64,000 nt of DNA from Octopus vulgaris (GCA_951406725.2 OX597825.1:76570001-76634000); one strand, 5' to 3'. Positions 43,245 through 56,509 are shown, counted from the stretch's first letter. Translations and numbers: made by a program. Notes: generated by a model not told the origin, from the letters alone.

Positions 43245-43514
43245 TCGTCCCTTGTCTCTGTTTCCCTCTCACTCCTCACTCTCTCCGTTTTTTTGTTTTT
43301 GTCTCTGAAGAATGTCTTGTAAGTTCTCCATTGTCTGAACGACTGTGTTTATATCTACCAGTCTATCTGTCTGCCTGTTTGTCTTTCTGTCTTTCGATCT
43401 GTCTGCCTGTTTGTCTTTTTGTGTGTCTTTTGCTCTACCTGCCTATTTGCCAGTCAGAGTACCTACCTACCTACCTACCTACCTACCTACCTATTTTGGT
43501 CTAAAGAGTTGACT

Positions 43515-43720
43515 TACTCGACCAGAAGAAAATTCTAACTGGGCCCCACCTGCAAGGTCATGTGTTGTTTATCTTGATATGAGATCACCATGTCGCGCAC
43601 TTATGGTTGTGATGCACGTGCTTGGTGTACCCTTTTCAGACGGGTAGTCATGATGGGTATATTGGGCTTCGTATATTTTACCCCAGTGTCACTTTGATAG
43701 CATGCATTGCTCTCTCACTC
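43515..43720 (+). mobile_element. 5'-truncated copy of the 559-bp (AAT)n-associated element
   Basis: Matches the last 205 bp of 60490-61048; followed by (AAT)n. Confidence 0.88.
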
Positions 43721-43787
<67 letters not shown>

Positions 43788-43790
<3 letters not shown>

Positions 43791-44331
43791 CAGTACAAGG
43801 CAGTGGCTCTCATGGCTTCTGATCTTAACTGATGGAGTGTTATCATATACATTGTTTGTCTTAAAATAAAAGATGGGCTAAAGCAAATATTCTGCTCAGT
43901 ACTACAGATATGCTTGTCAGTTGTTTGACCTTAACAAGTTGAGCATGTTCCTTAGTGGCTGACAATATGTAGTTCTCTGATCACGGACAGAAGTAGTAGG
44001 GGAGCTTTATAGCCAGGTTTTGAGAGGAATTCTTTGGGGTTTGGATAATTCACCTTTGGAAACATGGGTGTTTCGTTCAATATCTTTAGACAATCCTTAT
44101 TCAGGGACCTTTTGAGCGGGATGGGCTTCACAACCTGAAGAAAAAAGTTTAACTGGACTCCACCTGCAAAGTCATGCGCTGTTAATCTTGATGTGGGATC
44201 ACTCTGTCGCGCACATATGGTTGTGATGCATGTGCCTGTTTACCCTCACCAGACGGGTAGTTATGATGGGTATACTGGACGTTGTATATTTTATTCCAGT
44301 ATCATTTTGATGGCATGCACTGCTTTCTTAC
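43788..44331 (+). mobile_element. Near-full-length diverged copy of the 559-bp (AAT)n-associated element
   Basis: Colinear with 60490-61048; (AAT)n on both sides. Confidence 0.88.
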
Positions 44332-44349
44332 GTAATAATAATAATAATA

Positions 44350-45170
44350 TTGACCCGGAACTATCAAGACAATGTGATGAAAAATGGCGTGGACCGAAAG
44401 TGCCGATATTGCAACGATGGGATAGAAACAGTGGACCACCTAATCTCTGAATATAAGGTTTTGGCACCTGCAGAGTACAAATCAAGACATGCCAGAGATG
44501 GTCAATATCTACATTGGATAATGTGTTGGGATTATAAAATCAAAATTGCTGACAAATGGTACAAGCGCCACCCTGAGGCTGTAACTGAGGGAGAAAATGT
44601 GACTATTCTCTGGACTTTCCATTATGTACAGATCGGATATTCAAGGCAAATAGACCAGATATTGTTGTGAAAGACAAAAGCAATAAAGTCTGTTCATTGA
44701 TTGTCATGAGCATACCCTGTCACCATATTATCTCGGCAAAAAAATTTGATAAGCTCAGAAAATATAAAGATTTGCTAATTGAGATTGAAAAGATGTGGCA
44801 TCTCAAGCTGGTTACAATACCAGTGATTGTAGGAGCACTTGGAATGATCAAACAAAGGAACTGATCCCTTGCTTACCATCCATGCAGGAAGTGCAAAAGA
44901 TTGTCTTAACTGGTTTGTCACACGTATTCAGAAGAGCATTGTCGCTGTAAATTTTCTTCCCCACCCCACTTTATTTTATTTGTTTACTTTTTTCTTTTTC
45001 ATTTTTATTTTTCTGTCTGTCTTCCCCCTTTTCTCTATCACATGACTCTGTAAATGAACAATCTCGTGTGCTTGTTTTAATGGCCTACCAATGTATACAG
45101 TACGTTTCTCTGCCCTGGGTGTCAGGAAGATACTCGGCAAGAAATAGAAACAGAACTGAAAGAAGATGCT
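44350..45170 (+). mobile_element. R4/Dong-clade non-LTR retrotransposon, 5'-truncated (CCHC knuckle, RLE, 3' UTR) in (AAT)n
   Basis: KCRYCNDGIETVDHLISE..RH..GQYLHW..ANRPDIVVKDK..KLRKYKDLLIEIEKMWHLK..IPVIVGALG; AAT repeats on both sides. Confidence 0.88.
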
Positions 45171-45192
45171 AATGAAAATAATAATAATAATG

Positions 45193-45288
<96 letters not shown>

Positions 45289-45325
45289 TTTTAAAAGGAT
45301 TGACTTAACTCTTCATGAAGGTAAA

Positions 45326-45492
45326 TAGACAATACGAAGGGCACGATGCGATTGCAACAGATATTTTATTAGTTTGAACGATATTTCGATAGTTTGCACG
45401 TCTTTGTCAAGTTCAAAATGAAAAGTGATGCATAGAAATTCAAAATTATAGAAATTCAAATTGCAATCGTATCGTGCTCTTCGCATTGTCTA
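45326..45492. mobile_element. Fold-back with 32-bp arms enclosing a degenerate minus-strand hammerhead (45375-45415)
   Basis: tagacaatacgaagggcacgatgcgattgcaa / ttgcaatcgtatcgtgctcttcgcattgtcta; inside tgaac-TTGACAA..GAAATATC-gttca. Confidence 0.7.
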
Positions 45493-45697
45493 ATTAATAA
45501 TAATAATAAGAAGAAGAACAACAACAAAAAGTTAAGCTGTAAATACACGTATTGCACCTGTTTTTCCCGCCTATTGTTGATTTACATTCAGTAAAAGTAA
45601 TCAATCCTGGTTTCACATTTTAATATGAAACAATAATTGTTGTATATTGAATATACGCAAAAGAAAATGTTTTGATTTATTTGTATGTATGTATGTG

Positions 45698-46200
45698 TGG
45701 GGGCACATAGCCTAGTGATTAGAGCGGCGGACTCGCGTTCGAGGGATCGCGAGTTTGAATCTCAGACCGGGCGATGTGTGTGTTTATGAGCGAAAACACC
45801 AAAGCTCCTCGAGGCTCTGGCAGGAGGTAATGGTAAACTCTTTCGCCACAACTTTCTCACAACATACATACATACATACATACATACATACATACATACA
45901 TACATACATACATACATACATACATACATACATACATACGTCCGTACGTATGTATGTATGATCGTGATTTCGTTGTGTTCTTGATCGTTGCGTTGTGTTC
46001 TTGAGTAAAGCACTTCATTTTACGTTGCTCTGCGATCATTTCGTTATCTGACATGTGGCACATGGTACAGGTAATGTAGATTTGATGGAGGGAGTGTGCT
46101 TAGGTGAGCACAAACACTTGATCACTCTAAACAGATCATCTCTGTGGTTGTTTGGCAAGAAACCCTCATACATCGTCTAACGGCAGGTGAGGCCATGATA
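45698..46200 (+). mobile_element. tRNA-derived SINE(s) related to family C, split by (TACA)n
   Basis: Head ggcacatagcctagtgattagagcggcggac..gagtttgaatctc; later ttgtgttcttgagtaaagcactt. Confidence 0.6.
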
Positions 46201-46205
46201 TATAT

Positions 46206-46377
46206 ATTCTTTTATTTGCTCCAGTCCTTTGACTTTGGCCATGCTGGTGCACCGCCTTTAGTCAAAGAAATCGAGCCCAGGATTGATTCTTTGTAAGCCT
46301 AATCTTTTACCCAACCGACAAGTTACGGGGACGTAAACACATCAACATCAGTTGTCAAGCGATGGTGGGAGAACAAA

Positions 46378-46458
<81 letters not shown>

Positions 46459-46816
46459 GACATGATTCTTTCAGTTTCTCTCTACAAGTTCCGCTTACAA
46501 GGCTTTGGTCGGACTGAAGCTATAGAAGAAGACACCTGTGTGGTTGAGAAGCAAGTTTCTTATTTCTTTATTGCCCACAAAGGGCTAAACATAGAGGAGA
46601 CAAACAAAGACAGACAAAGGGATTAAGTCGATTACATCGCCCCCAGTGCGTAACTGGTACTTAATTTATCGACCCGGAAACGATGAAAGGCAAAGTCGAC
46701 CTCGGCGGAATTTGAACTCAGAACGTAACGATAGACGAAATGCCGCTAAGCATTTCGCCTGGCCTGCTAACGTTTCTGCAGCTCGCCGCCTTCTTACCCA
46801 CACAGCCACACCTGCG

Positions 46817-46818
<2 letters not shown>
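46206..46818 (-). mobile_element. SINE family B with nested family A copy
   Basis: Tail at 46206, internal (CA)n, head ..cacagccacacctgcgcc ending at 46818. Confidence 0.8.
46561..46790 (-). mobile_element. SINE family A, full length, inserted in the family B head
   Basis: Complete unit; short ttctta duplication at the junctions. Confidence 0.9.
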
Positions 46819-46856
<38 letters not shown>

Positions 46857-47384
46857 TAGGAGGAAATGATACTTGATAATAGATACAAGCTATACAAATT
46901 AGAGTACAGCCACATAGTTTTCTACTTTCTCCGGACACGAGTTCGTGAAAGTCGTCAGCGGAAGAAAAAGAGGAAACCGAAAAAGGCATAGATCGCTTAT
47001 ATGCAGCTCAGTACATCCAGAAAATTTCCTGAAAAGGTACGAATGCAATCGAAATATTGATAAATGTTTTACGTCTTCTCATCTGTAAAATAATTTATAA
47101 GTATGCTTAAATCAATAGCCGATATATTTAATATGTGTAACCGATATTTATTTTTGGCCGTCTTTCCATCACAGCTATTTAATTATTTCCTTATATTATC
47201 GCTGTAACGATGAATTAATTTTCATATCTGTTGAGTTCATTGCTAAAACGCTTTACGCAAAAAGCACTTTCGTTATTCTTGTAAAACGCATGTTTTTATG
47301 ATGTATAAATAACAACAACGACACACATACTTGAAGATATATGTCCACAGTACAAGCGTGTATATATATATATATATATATATC

Positions 47385-47719
47385 GGAGACCCCCTTCGGT
47401 CACGACACAGACCATGGGATTGCAACTAGAAAGTTACCCTCCTAGACACAAGTCCGGGCGAGGTTGTTTATGGAAGACCAGCAGTCGCCCATGCATACCA
47501 GCCTCCCCTCCACGCCACCAGTGTTATCCAAGGGAAAGACAAAGGTCGATACAGCTTGGCACCAGTGACGTCGCAACTCATTTCTACAGCTGAGTGAACT
47601 GGAGCAACGTGAACTAAAGTGCCTTGCTCAAGAACACAACACGCAGCCCGGTCCGGGATTCGAGCCCACAACCTCACGATCGTAAGCTCGACGCTCTTAC
47701 CACTGAGTCATGCGCCTTC
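47385..47719 (-). mobile_element. SINE family C, full length, inserted in (TA)n
   Basis: Minus-strand tRNA-like head ggcgcatgactcagtggtaagagcgtc..ggctcgaatccc, then tgtgttcttgagcaaggcactt; RTE-like tail. Confidence 0.85.
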
Positions 47720-47817
47720 ACTTATATATATATATATATATATATAAACAAACTATGGAACTGTCGGATGTGTTTACAGAAAAGAAAGTAAATTTCTTTC
47801 AAGGTTATGTAGTAATA

Positions 47818-47889
<72 letters not shown>

Positions 47890-47895
47890 GTGATT

Positions 47896-48017
47896 AAGTA
47901 AACAGAAGATGAATTTGATATAGTGTTTATTTTGTACGACGATCGTTCCGACTCATCGTTTCGAAACGATCGTCGTACAAAATAAAGGCCAATACCAAAT
48001 CCATCTTCTGCTTAATT
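47896..48017. repeat. Imperfect hairpin containing the 3' half of a Penelope-type hammerhead
   Basis: tttattttgtacgacgatcgttccga / tcgaaacgatcgtcgtacaaaataaa; GAAACGATCGTC motif. Confidence 0.75.
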
Positions 48018-48207
48018 ATTCAATTATTATTATTTCAACTAACACTGCGGAATTTCTGAAGTAGATCCATTGGAAATAACCCCAACTGCGGATGACACCA
48101 GGTAGCCCAAACAGTGCCAGTGCTTTACTCAACACATCAACGCCCTAATCGACATATACCCATTAGTCCAAATTATTGAAAAAACTTTTGGAGTTAGCGG
48201 CCAATCA

Positions 48208-48239
<32 letters not shown>

Positions 48240-48740
48240 AGTTCAGGATTCAAGTGAATCAGGTCCATAAATAGTAAAGCTCCAAGATCTGGCTAATGAA
48301 ATCGCTACCGTGTAGAGAAGGAAATTAGAGGAACCAATACGTACATACCATATTTAAGTAGATTTATTATATGTCCCTTTGGATGTAAGCGGGTTTATTA
48401 GGACAAATATCCCTGCTGTAGGATTCATATCTGTTAATGTGTTTTTTTTTAGCCAGAACTCTGTCGTCTAGTTATTTAAAGATTAAAAATCAAATCAAAA
48501 TAATCCTATATTTTTGGGAGTTAGAGCGAGATATCAAATTCTTATCCCCTATTCTGTATTCATCCTCCGCTATAACAACTTTTCGCTTCCCGTTCCCACC
48601 CCGTTCCCACCCCGTTCCCATCACCTTACAAACTAGGGTAATTAAGTCATTCTCTGGCCGAAGATCGCGAAATAATCATGAAATGGCACCGACCTGGATT
48701 CGTGGTATGTTTTTTTAAAAATGTTTAATTCGTGCATATA

Positions 48741-48823
48741 TTCACCAGATGAAAACGGTTTGCTTCACATGATGTAATAATTTCATTCATCAATAAAAAC
48801 ACGTCTGAAACAACTGTGGTGAG
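48741..48823 (+). ncRNA. Degenerate hammerhead-like motif
   Basis: ttcac-CAGATGA-aaacg..cgtct-GAAAC-aact-GTG-gtgag; two core substitutions. Confidence 0.4.
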
Positions 48824-48850
48824 TGAACCACTATCCATCTGCTATTGTTT

Positions 48851-48976
<126 letters not shown>

Positions 48977-48994
48977 TTTAAGGTATCGCATCTA

Positions 48995-49510
48995 TTGTAT
49001 TTCAATTTCCCGGTTTTTATATTTACTTAATTTTTCATATTTCTTTACAGATATATTTTTATCCGTGGGAACACTTACATCTATTAGTCGTCAACTATTT
49101 TATTCCATATCTTTAATTACTATGTCTGGCCGATTAGCCTAAGTCGTTCTGTCGGTGTTGACTGGAAGATCCCAGATGATAGTGACATTTTTACCTTTAA
49201 TAACTGGCTCAAGATGATGTTCATTCAAGTAAGCAGGGTGTTTGATTTTGTAGTGTTTACATAGTTTCCAATGTAAATACTGTCCTAACCTGTCGTGGCA
49301 ATTTTTGTATTTGTTTGGTGTCAGCAGAGGACATCCCGACACGAAATGGTCTAGTGTTTCATCAAATTTATTGCACAATCTGCATTTAGAGTCAGAACTG
49401 TTTTGAAGAACGTTTGCTTGGTAGTTTTTTGTTAAGCAAGCTTTGATCCAGTGCCGCCAATATAAAATATTCACTCCCTACTTTCAGTTCAGAACTTCTC
49501 AGCCACTTAT
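48995..49510 (-). mobile_element. R4/Dong-clade ORF fragment (CCHC and RLE) with 5' junction in (AAT)n
   Basis: KWLRSSELK..ILAALDQSL..KCRLCNKFDETLDHFVSGCP..HDRLGQYLHW..IIWD..TDRT*ANRPDIVIKD..IDVSVP. Confidence 0.88.
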
Positions 49511-49537
49511 AATTATTATTATTATTATTATTGTTGC

Positions 49538-49571
<34 letters not shown>

Positions 49572-49628
49572 CTTCTTCTTCTTCTTCTTCTTCTTCTTCT
49601 TCTTCTTCTTCTTCTTCTTCTTCTTCTT

Positions 49629-49659
<31 letters not shown>

Positions 49660-49725
49660 TTATTATTATTATCATTATTGTTGTTGTTGCTGTTGTTGTT
49701 GTTGTTGTTGTTATTATTATTATTG
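49510..49725. repeat. Compound (TTA)-(TTG)-(TTC)-(TTA)-(TTG)-(TTA) microsatellite
   Basis: Direct. Confidence 0.95.
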
Positions 49726-49727
49726 TT

Positions 49728-49920
49728 GTGAGCGAGTAGAATCGTTAGCACGCCGGGCGAAATGCTTGGCAGCATTTCGTCGGTCTTTACATTCTGAGTT
49801 CAAATTCCGCCGAGGTCGACTTTGCCTTTCATCCTTTCGGGAGTCGATGAAATACGCACCAGTTACGCACTGTGGCCCTCTCCCCAAAAATGTCAGGCGT
49901 TGTGTCTAAAGAAGAAAAGA
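49728..49920 (+). mobile_element. SINE family A, diverged copy
   Basis: cgttagcacgccgggcgaaatgc..gagttcaaattccgccgaggtcgactttgcc. Confidence 0.85.
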
Positions 49921-49974
49921 TAACAACAACAATAACAACAACACCAACAACAATAATAATAATAATTATTATTA

Positions 49975-50200
49975 TATGTTTGACTTTTGCTTTGTATTTG
50001 TACAAGTTGGCTCCAAGTCTCACCCAGAGACCTCAAGAAACAACAAGTTAGATGTCCAGTGTGTCATATATTTGGTTTTGCACATGGTATTGTTCTAGAG
50101 AAGGTTTATTATTATTGTTGGAGCTCCTGGAGTCTTGCATTCGTAGCGGACTTACTACCTGCAGCTTACGGTACCATGTTATTCGTTCTTTTCAGCTATC
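49975..50200 (-). mobile_element. Probable R4/Dong-type 3' UTR ending in (AAT)n
   Basis: Minus strand ..gaggtctctgggtgagacttgg..aaagtcaaacat(aat)n; architecture resembles the 3' end at 45110-45170. Confidence 0.5.
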
Positions 50201-50296
50201 TAACACTTCCATTATTATATACATATATAATACGCACATTTTATATATGTATGTATGTATGTTTGAATGTATGTATGTATGTATGTATGTTATGTC

Positions 50297-50800
50297 AGGT
50301 CACTTTCGAGTGCTACTGGTAACATGTAACCTAGTACAACCTGTTGCATGGTCGGGTCGTCGGCGACTAAACCGGCAACCCCACCAAGCTTGCTTGGTGA
50401 GGAGGGTGTTTATTGGACACCCTGCGGGATGAAAAACAAAACCCGTCAAAGGGCGTAGGAACTCTTGACAGTCAACGGCCATCCAATAAATGTCTTGAGG
50501 CTGTATCATGCGCGGGATCATAGAAATAATCGGACTGAATACCCGATCGCGCGGTTAAACCATTGGGGGTGAAGGACATCTAGTCTTTGTTAGGGCATCC
50601 TTCTAGGAGAAGGTAACTCGGGTAACTGGGATAACTCCGACATAAAACCTGCGGCTCAGTGGTTACCGATGATGTTGACTTGTTCTTCTTTTCGGATTAT
50701 GACTGCTGTTGCTTAGTGAGTGGGATTGACTTAGTGCACAGCCTTTCCTCACTTTAAAAAAAAATCTTCTTGCACAGGCATTGCACGATAACAACATTGA
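50297..50800 (+). mobile_element. Putative RTE-like LINE 5' UTR / non-autonomous derivative
   Basis: GC-richer island with ggcatccttctaggagaaggtaactc, similar to RTE 5' leader motifs (recall only). Confidence 0.45.
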
Positions 50801-51463
50801 TTAAGCTTCGTGCAATGGCCATACTCGATAACAAGGGGGCAGCCACCATGTATTTATGCATGTATGTATGTATGTATGTATGTATGTGTGTATGTATGTA
50901 TGTATGTATGTATGTATGTATATCTATATCTATACCTATATATACACACACACGCAAACACACACAAATACACACGCGCGTGCACATATATATATAAATT
51001 ATAACAAATATATTTATGCATTCTACGCAAATGTATTGAGTTCTTTATCAGATAATATTTGCACTATGCAAAATATATATTGATAATATACATTTGTATA
51101 TATGTATGCATGTATATATGTATGCATATATATATATAATTTTGTTTTTTGTATATATATAAGGGTATGTTTTTACGCGCGCGTTGCAAGTAATACGCCA
51201 CAATTTGTGCGTGGAACTTTCTTAGATACCCTTGACCTTGGAACCTCGCAGAGAATGGAATGGTTACGTAAGCTATATGCCCGTGCGCATGCGTGAAATG
51301 CAAAATAAAACAAACAAACAAACAAACAAACAGTCAAACAAAAATCTCCAAATAAACAACCAAATAAACAAACAAACATTCGCGTGCAATTTCTTCGGCT
51401 AAAATATTCTTCTATTAGAAAGGCACCATTTGATAAAGATCTATAGCAATCGAGTTAAAAGCG

Positions 51464-51770
<307 letters not shown>

Positions 51771-51963
51771 ACCATCACTCTGGTTTAATGTTGCTGCTTT
51801 CTAGTGTGTCTAGCAAAATTAATAAGTTCTATAATCGATTATTGCCTGTTATTGATTTCTTCCTCAACGAAAGTCTCTTCAGCGAGTTCTTTTGCCTTCA
51901 TTTCGATTCCTAGGCTTTAATTAAATCTCGCTTTGTTTTGCATTGACTCTCGTCTGTGCGCAC

Positions 51964-52021
<58 letters not shown>

Positions 52022-52216
52022 GCGAATGTATTTGTGTGTATGTGTGTATGTGTGTTTGGATACATGTGCATATGTATACGCGTGTGTATGTATACGTGTG
52101 AGTATGTATACGTGTGCGTACCTATACGTGTATGAGTGCATCTGCGAGTGTGCGCGCGTGTGTGTATATATGCGGTGTTTTTTGTGTGCGTGTTTGTGTA
52201 AGTATATATATATATA

Positions 52217-52274
<58 letters not shown>

Positions 52275-52279
52275 GTATG

Positions 52280-52336
<57 letters not shown>

Positions 52337-52647
52337 GTATATATATATGTGTGTGTATATATGTGTGTATATAGATATATATATGTTGATATGTACGTTT
52401 GTATACGTATGTACACGTGTGGGCATTTGTGTGTGTAGTTTTCTGTGGAGAGTATGTTTATATTTTTATTGGTGAGTTAGTGTGCTAGTGTATGTGTGTG
52501 TGTGTGTGTGCGTTGTGTAAGTATATTTGTGTGTATTAGTTAATATTTGCGCGTATGTGGGGTTAGTATGTATATATATGCATATATAGTGTACATGTGT
52601 TGGTATATGTAAATGTGTGTATATGCGAATATATTGTATGCTTATCC

Positions 52648-52687
<40 letters not shown>

Positions 52688-52694
52688 GTATATA

Positions 52695-52760
<66 letters not shown>

Positions 52761-52780
52761 TATATGCATACATATATATG

Positions 52781-52861
<81 letters not shown>

Positions 52862-54448
52862 AAAGGTTGCTATGTATGTATATATATATATGTATATATA
52901 TGCATAGTAAGTATTTGAATATGTTTATGTATATCAATGTGTGTGTAGTTATGTATATGTATCAATATATGTGTATCCATGTACCTATGTATACGTATAC
53001 ATGTGTATATACGTTTGTGTATACGAATGTGTATGTACTTGTACATATGTGTATGTACGTGTCTGTGCGTTATGTTATTAACGCACCTCGAGTTTTTTGT
53101 CCCTATTTCAGATATTATGACGATTGATGTGTAATAATTTCTTTAGACTAAGCAGAACACCTTAGATCTAAATGCGAAGGAGAAACGGGATGTTTTGACC
53201 TCATGCCTTTCCTAAACTGCGTTATTAACCAACCAGGAAAAATCAGGTGTACATACACAAGTTGTGTAGCGGATTCAAACTTGTGAAGGTCTTATTTATT
53301 TCTTATAGCATTGGGCTAAAAATATTAATTCTTAATTCTAATTTTGTAGACACCATATTAAAAAGGTTTACATGATACGTACTGGAGTGATTTCGTGAAA
53401 AAATGCATTGCTTATTGGTGTAGTATTGTAGAATAAGATAGTTTAACTATAGCCGAGAAACGGAAATGGGATTGGGCCAAGTTTGGAAGCATATATTCTG
53501 GTCACTGGTGGAACATATAAAATGTGGGCCCGCTTCCTGAACCGGGCGGTGAGTTGTGACTATTTGCTCCAGGCTACTCACCTGTAAATGGGCATCAACC
53601 AAACGGTGGGGCAGCCCCATCTCTCTCCCTCTCCCTCTGCCTCTCTATCTCTTTGCCATCTGCCTCTCTCTTTCTCTCTTTCCCTCTCCCTCTACCTGTC
53701 TGCCTGCTGCCTGCCTGCCTGCCTGTCTGGCTGTATGCCTGTTTGCTTGTCTACCTGTCTGCCTGTCTGTTTATCTGTCTGTATGCCTGTCTGTCTGTCT
53801 GTTTGTCTGTCTTCTTGTCTGTATGTTTCTCTGTTTCTCTCTCTCTCTCTGCCTCCCTGTGTGTCGGTCTGTCTGTATGCCTGCCTGCCTGCCTGCCTAC
53901 CTGTCTGTCTTTCTGTCTGTCTGTCTGTCTTTCTGTCTTTCTGTCTGTTTCTCTCTCTCTCTGCCTCTCTGTCTGTCTAACTGTCTGCCTGCCTATTTTT
54001 CTCTGCCTCTACCTTTCTCTTCCACTGTCTCTCTCACTAGCTGTCACATTCTCAGTGTTTTGCTGTGTCAAAGATGTGAAGGCTGAGAGGGTTTCTGTGC
54101 TTGCTCGTCACTACACAGGCACCAAAGACAATTAACGAAAACATGGTACATGTTACCAAGCCGTCCACGCTTACATATGGCGGCTACGGCTTTCTTTTTC
54201 TATGTAAACTCAGTTTTAAAATACCACTTCGTTTTAAAACGTCACATAATATATGATCTTAAGATATATACTATACAATGTCGCGGTTTCAAAATATGCT
54301 ATATATTGTTTTATTTTGTTTAGGATAAAAGATATTTAAGGAAATAATGTCTGGTTAATCATTTTAGAATGTAATATAATATACTACGATGTTGCATAAA
54401 GTGTCTTGGTTTGCAATGATATATGGCGTCTCACTGTTTTAGAATATA

Positions 54449-55332
54449 CAGGGTGCGGTGATTAAATTGTCACCATTTTATATTTTTAATTTCGCACGTG
54501 TCCATTGTTTATTTTTGATTTGGTCGACTACACAGTATAGTAGGGTCAGTTGGGGACCGTCTGTGAGAAAAACAATACCCTGATGCAATTCACTCTGCCA
54601 GAAATTTGGAAAAGACATGCTGTACTGCTTGGCATTCGCGCCGGAAGCCCCAATACGAACATATGGGGAACACACAGAACAACCGTTGGCTTGCCGTGTC
54701 CCCAAAACATGTACCGAGAGTGATAAAAATCAAACATCCAGTCAACATCATGCAGTTTGGAGTGATCACTAGTGATGGCATCGTTATGCTTCCATTCATC
54801 TTTCCACACGGTCTCTGACTCAACGCGTCGGCATACATCAAGTATCTGGAGGAGGTAGTACTGCCCTGGGTCAGAAGGGTGGCTGCTGGAAGACCCTAAG
54901 TCTGGCAACAGGACTCTGCACCCTATCACTCAAGCAGGAGAATCCAGTCATGTCTGTAAGACAATTTCTGCAACCAAATCATCCCTAACATTAGGCCACC
55001 TAACTTCCCAGACTGCAACCCCCTTTATTATGTGTGGGGCGAAGTTGAGTGAGAGACCAACAAAACTCCTTGTAACACCAAAGATGGACAGAAGGCAAGG
55101 ATTGGCAGCATTCGACAACTTAAACAAGAAGACCGCCCGGAAGAGTTGCAGGAGATTCCGAAGTCATCTGGAGGCTGTGGTTGAAGTCAAAAGCGATTTT
55201 AACCAATAAATTTACTCTTTAGTTTTTCAACATATCTTTATGCACTTTTGGTAAATATATCTGTTAAAATGAAATGCCAGTGTTATTTTCATTTTTGCGG
55301 AATTTAGAGGACGATTTATTCACCGCACCCAA
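54449..55332 (+). mobile_element. DD37D (maT-like) Tc1/mariner-superfamily transposon, internally deleted pseudogene
   Basis: TA-flanked TIRs cagggtgcggtgattaaattgtc / gacgatttattcaccgcaccc; NTQNNRWLA..KHPVNIMQFGVITSDG..VWQQDSAPYH..PPNFPDCNPLYYVW with 37 residues between the second D and the expected third D (which is missing). Confidence 0.88.
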
Positions 55333-55529
55333 TATATATGTAGTTTATCAGGTTTTTAGAGTGTATATGGTGCCTCCTGCTTCTAAAATATGGTGTCAAA
55401 CTCTTCAAAGTATAATATATAGTGTCTCAGGTTTTAGACTATGATATATGATGTCTCGCTTTTTGAATATAAACATGGCATCAAGTTTGAGAACAAAATA
55501 TATGGTATCTTAGTATTAGTATAATAAAT

Positions 55530-55732
55530 ATCAATTTGAAATTTTGTCACAAGTCCAGCAGTTTTTGGGAAGGGAGTAAGTTGATTACATCGATTCCAGT
55601 GGTCAACTGGTACTTATTTTATCGACCCCAAAATGAGGAAAGACAGAATCTCGACTGAGAACGTGAAGATGGCCGAAATCCCGGTAAGCATTTTGCCAGA
55701 CATGCAAGCGATTCTCTACAGTTCGCCGCCTA
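55530..55732 (-). mobile_element. SINE family A, diverged copy
   Basis: aactggtacttattttatcgacccc..taagcattttgcc..ttcgccgcc. Confidence 0.7.
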
Positions 55733-55832
55733 AATATAATAAATATTGCCACTAGATTTTAGAATATAACACAAAATTTTGTTATTAGCGACGGAAGCAG
55801 TATTAGTTCAAATTCATCACATGCGTATCATA

Positions 55833-55999
55833 CTTAAAGCATATATATTGTTGAAAGCCTTCTAAACTGCGTTATTTGTCTCGAGACAGCAACTGATATA
55901 TTTCTGTGTTTATTTTTTTACATTATACATCTATTAGAAATGCTTTCTCGAAACGAGTGCCACAGCTTAGAAGGCCTTCAGCTGTATATGTGCTTTAAG
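55833..55999. repeat. Imperfect fold-back, arms about 58 bp
   Basis: cttaaagcatatata..gaaagccttctaaactg..tctcgagacagca / tgctttctcgaaac..cagcttagaaggccttc..tatatgtgctttaag. Confidence 0.75.
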
Positions 56000-56509
56000 C
56001 ATAATAAACAGATCGATAACATGCAGTGTCTCAGTCTTGAGATATAATACGTAACGCCAGACTTTTAAAATATGATGTAAAATGTCTCGGTTATAATATA
56101 TGATGAATGATGTCTCAGTTTTAAGATCTAATGCACAATGTTTGAGAAGAAACTGGTGTCTGGATGTTTCGCCGTAAAATCAATTTAGCATGTACTCTAA
56201 CAAAATTGACCCCCATAACTCAGCGAAATTAGCCAGTCATAGAGAGGACCACTGATTTAAATACAAGATTAAAACAACACAGCACCAGCGACTGTTATGG
56301 AGATTTGATCACTCGATCCTGAAGCTCAAATGGTTCAAACATCTTATCTTTGGAGTCATTGTAATTTTTAAACAACTCAGAAACGTCTGTATGGTCTAAA
56401 ATATGAGGTATCGGGTTCGAATTTCCAGGGAGTATCTTTGGCATATGTCTTCTAACATAACCTGAGATCAATCAGAGCCTAATGAATGAAATTAAATAGA
56501 CGCATTATT

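Noticed and set aside
47645-47719. tRNA gene
   Set aside because: tRNA-like head runs straight into a SINE body and lacks a proper acceptor stem and terminator; the same applies to family A and B heads
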